From positions 1 to 36,268 of the forward strand of contig NIVC01002510.1 in assembly GCA_002269645.1 (NCBI GenBank): DNA of 36,268 nt, in the 5' to 3' direction. Source of the DNA: Macrostomum lignano. Its lineage: Eukaryota. The translations under genes were made by a program, and so were the position numbers. Below are positions 34,578 through 36,268 of this stretch, piece by piece (position 1 is the first letter of the stretch; each line of letters opens with the position of its first letter). The notes under the pieces are model-generated. The model ran no database searches. It was given only the letters and a program-made list of their open reading frames with translations, and was not told the origin of the DNA.

Positions 34578-34763
34578 ATGCAGAGACTAGCTTTCCTCTC
34601 TCTTCTGGTGTTGCTTCTTGCGTTTGCAGCATATTCAGCCAATGGACAAGGCTGTTACTGCTTGCAAGAAGTCTGCTACATCAGCTATCCTGAATTATGT
34701 AATAGCGGTTTGGGTTGCGCTGGCGCAGGGGATTTTGTACCTTGCGAAGGATATGGCGGATAA
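34578..34763 (+). CDS. Secreted cysteine-rich peptide precursor (copy 12)
   Basis: Same 61-aa translation as copy 1. Confidence 0.85.
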   Translation: MQRLAFLSLLVLLLAFAAYSANGQGCYCLQEVCYISYPELCNSGLGCAGAGDFVPCEGYGG

Positions 34764-35448
34764 ATCTGTTTTAATTAAGGTAACGATGGAAGCATGACCG
34801 TCGATTGTCCTAGAATAGGAGGAGTGCGTTTTGACAACCTGCGATTCAGTTGATTCAAAACTGAAAAATAAACCGATTGAAAGGAAGTATGCGTTATTAT
34901 TTCCGTTGAAGCTGTTCGTTCATTGTCTTTTTTATTATTTCCTTTTTGGGTATTAGATGAGTGTCGAATGGCTCCAAACGACAGAGAAAGAGAGCAAGAG
35001 AGAGCGAGAGAGAGAGAGAACCGGTTAATTGCATTGTTGCTATTTTAATCCCAACGAAAATGACAATATCATTGTCGTGGCGAAGTGCAGAGATGCCCAG
35101 AATCAACCCTATCAAGGCAACAACTAGAGTTGAACGTATATCCGACATAACGTAGAGGTCAGAATGCATCAGAAGCTTTTGTTGAGCTAAAAAGTAGCTC
35201 GCTTGAGTAAGCACAGAAATATAAATAACAAAACCAACATAGATTGCTTTAATTAAATCAGTCAGCCAACGCGTTTGGTTTAGTCAGCGGCCATGTTCAG
35301 CGTCTGAGATATATTTTATTTTTCACGTATGCATCAAATTATATAAGAAAACGTTTCTGTACAGTCCAAAGGGGGGGCAGATTGTCCAATTATGAAGGTA
35401 CATTGGATGGAAGTTTTAAACAGGCGGGCGCACTACAATGCTTCGTGC

Positions 35449-35977
35449 CTACACTAAGAATACCTTGAACAAATGACCCGCACCACTGTGAATAAGCTGG
35501 ACATTGAGACTTGTTTTTTTATTCTTGATGTACATTGATTCCGGTATGCTAAGTCTGGATGTTTTTATGAGTGGAGTTCAGAGCGGTAAGAAACCGTTCA
35601 TGATACGAGTTCGCTTTGAAAATGGCAAAAGTGTCGTCAACATAGTGTTTGTAGAATCTAGGCGCACAATTTAGGGTGTCATCCACTGCTTCCCCGCCGT
35701 AGGGTGCTTGCAGCGTCAGCAGCAGCACCTCCTGCACCGGCTGTGGGCAGTACGACTCGGCTCGGATAAAATATGGCCTGCCAGCTGGAGTCGCCGACGG
35801 CACAACAGCTCGCTTGGACGGAGCAGGCCGGTGCAGCAATAGAGTGCCGCATTGGTGACTCGCTCGTAACCGATCTTGAAGGCGGCGCGCAGCAGGCCAG
35901 CGTGCGCCGCATCGACCCTGCTGTTCGAGCGATTCCGTCAGCGTCCAGGTCTCGGCGTTCCTTAACAGCATCTCGAT
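35449..35977 (-). pseudogene. PLE + RTE composite relic (unit copy)
   Basis: Same as 10009-10539 with small indels. Confidence 0.78.
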
Positions 35978-36268
35978 ATCCGTATGCTATCGGCTGGGCT
36001 TAAAAAGCTTTGGCTTCAGCGTTATCATCCAGGATAGTGCACGCGCGGCAATTGCACCTGCACCAGACAGCAGCCAGCACGTAATTACGGCCTCCCAAAC
36101 CGAAAATGTGCAGCAGCCCCAGGCTGGATAAACGCAGAAAACGGGATTGTCTGTGGAGAGGTGCTAAGCGTCATTCTTGTCCACAGCTTAGCATCTCTTT
36201 TCTGGATTTACTCTCTTAGCTTAATTATGCAAACCTAAAAATAAGCAAAATGCCGCACAGCCTACCGC

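Larger units (their letters stand above)
1..36268. repeat. Tandem array of ~2,413-bp units (12 gene-bearing copies, partial at both ends), twice interrupted by a 3.7-kb LINE
   Basis: Identical ORF sets recur. Peptide-gene stop codons lie at 796, 6912, 9323, 11736, 14149, 16561, 18973, 21386, 23799, 26216, 28633 and 34763. Spacing is 2411-2417 bp, or 6116/6130 bp where the LINE is inserted. Confidence 0.98.

Overview
Eukaryotic genomic sequence. A flatworm such as Macrostomum is my guess from the style of the retroelement; the sequence does not prove it. The whole window is a head-to-tail tandem array of a ~2,413-bp unit, present as 12 gene-bearing copies and running off both ends. Each unit has three parts: (i) an intronless + strand gene with TATA box and AATAAA, encoding the same 61-aa secreted precursor of a 38-aa, six-cysteine, anionic peptide; (ii) a GA-rich microsatellite; (iii) a - strand retroelement relic made of an internal fragment of an RTE-type LINE fused to an internally deleted Penelope-like (PLE) fragment. 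Two units, exactly 10 units (~27.84 kb) apart, are interrupted at the same base by a ~3.7-kb full-length single-ORF APE-RT non-LTR retrotransposon (RTE-like) on the - strand. It has a 6-bp GACAGA target-site duplication and a (TTG)5 3' tail. Its 5' end is exactly 32 copies of a 17-mer followed by a 12-bp hairpin that abuts the ATG. The second copy has an intact 1037-aa ORF. The first copy is broken by scattered 1-3-bp deletions that look like long-read consensus errors. The two most unusual features are the homogenised multi-copy secreted-peptide locus and the 17-mer array, whose unit equals the element's 14-nt terminus plus 3 nt matching the target site.
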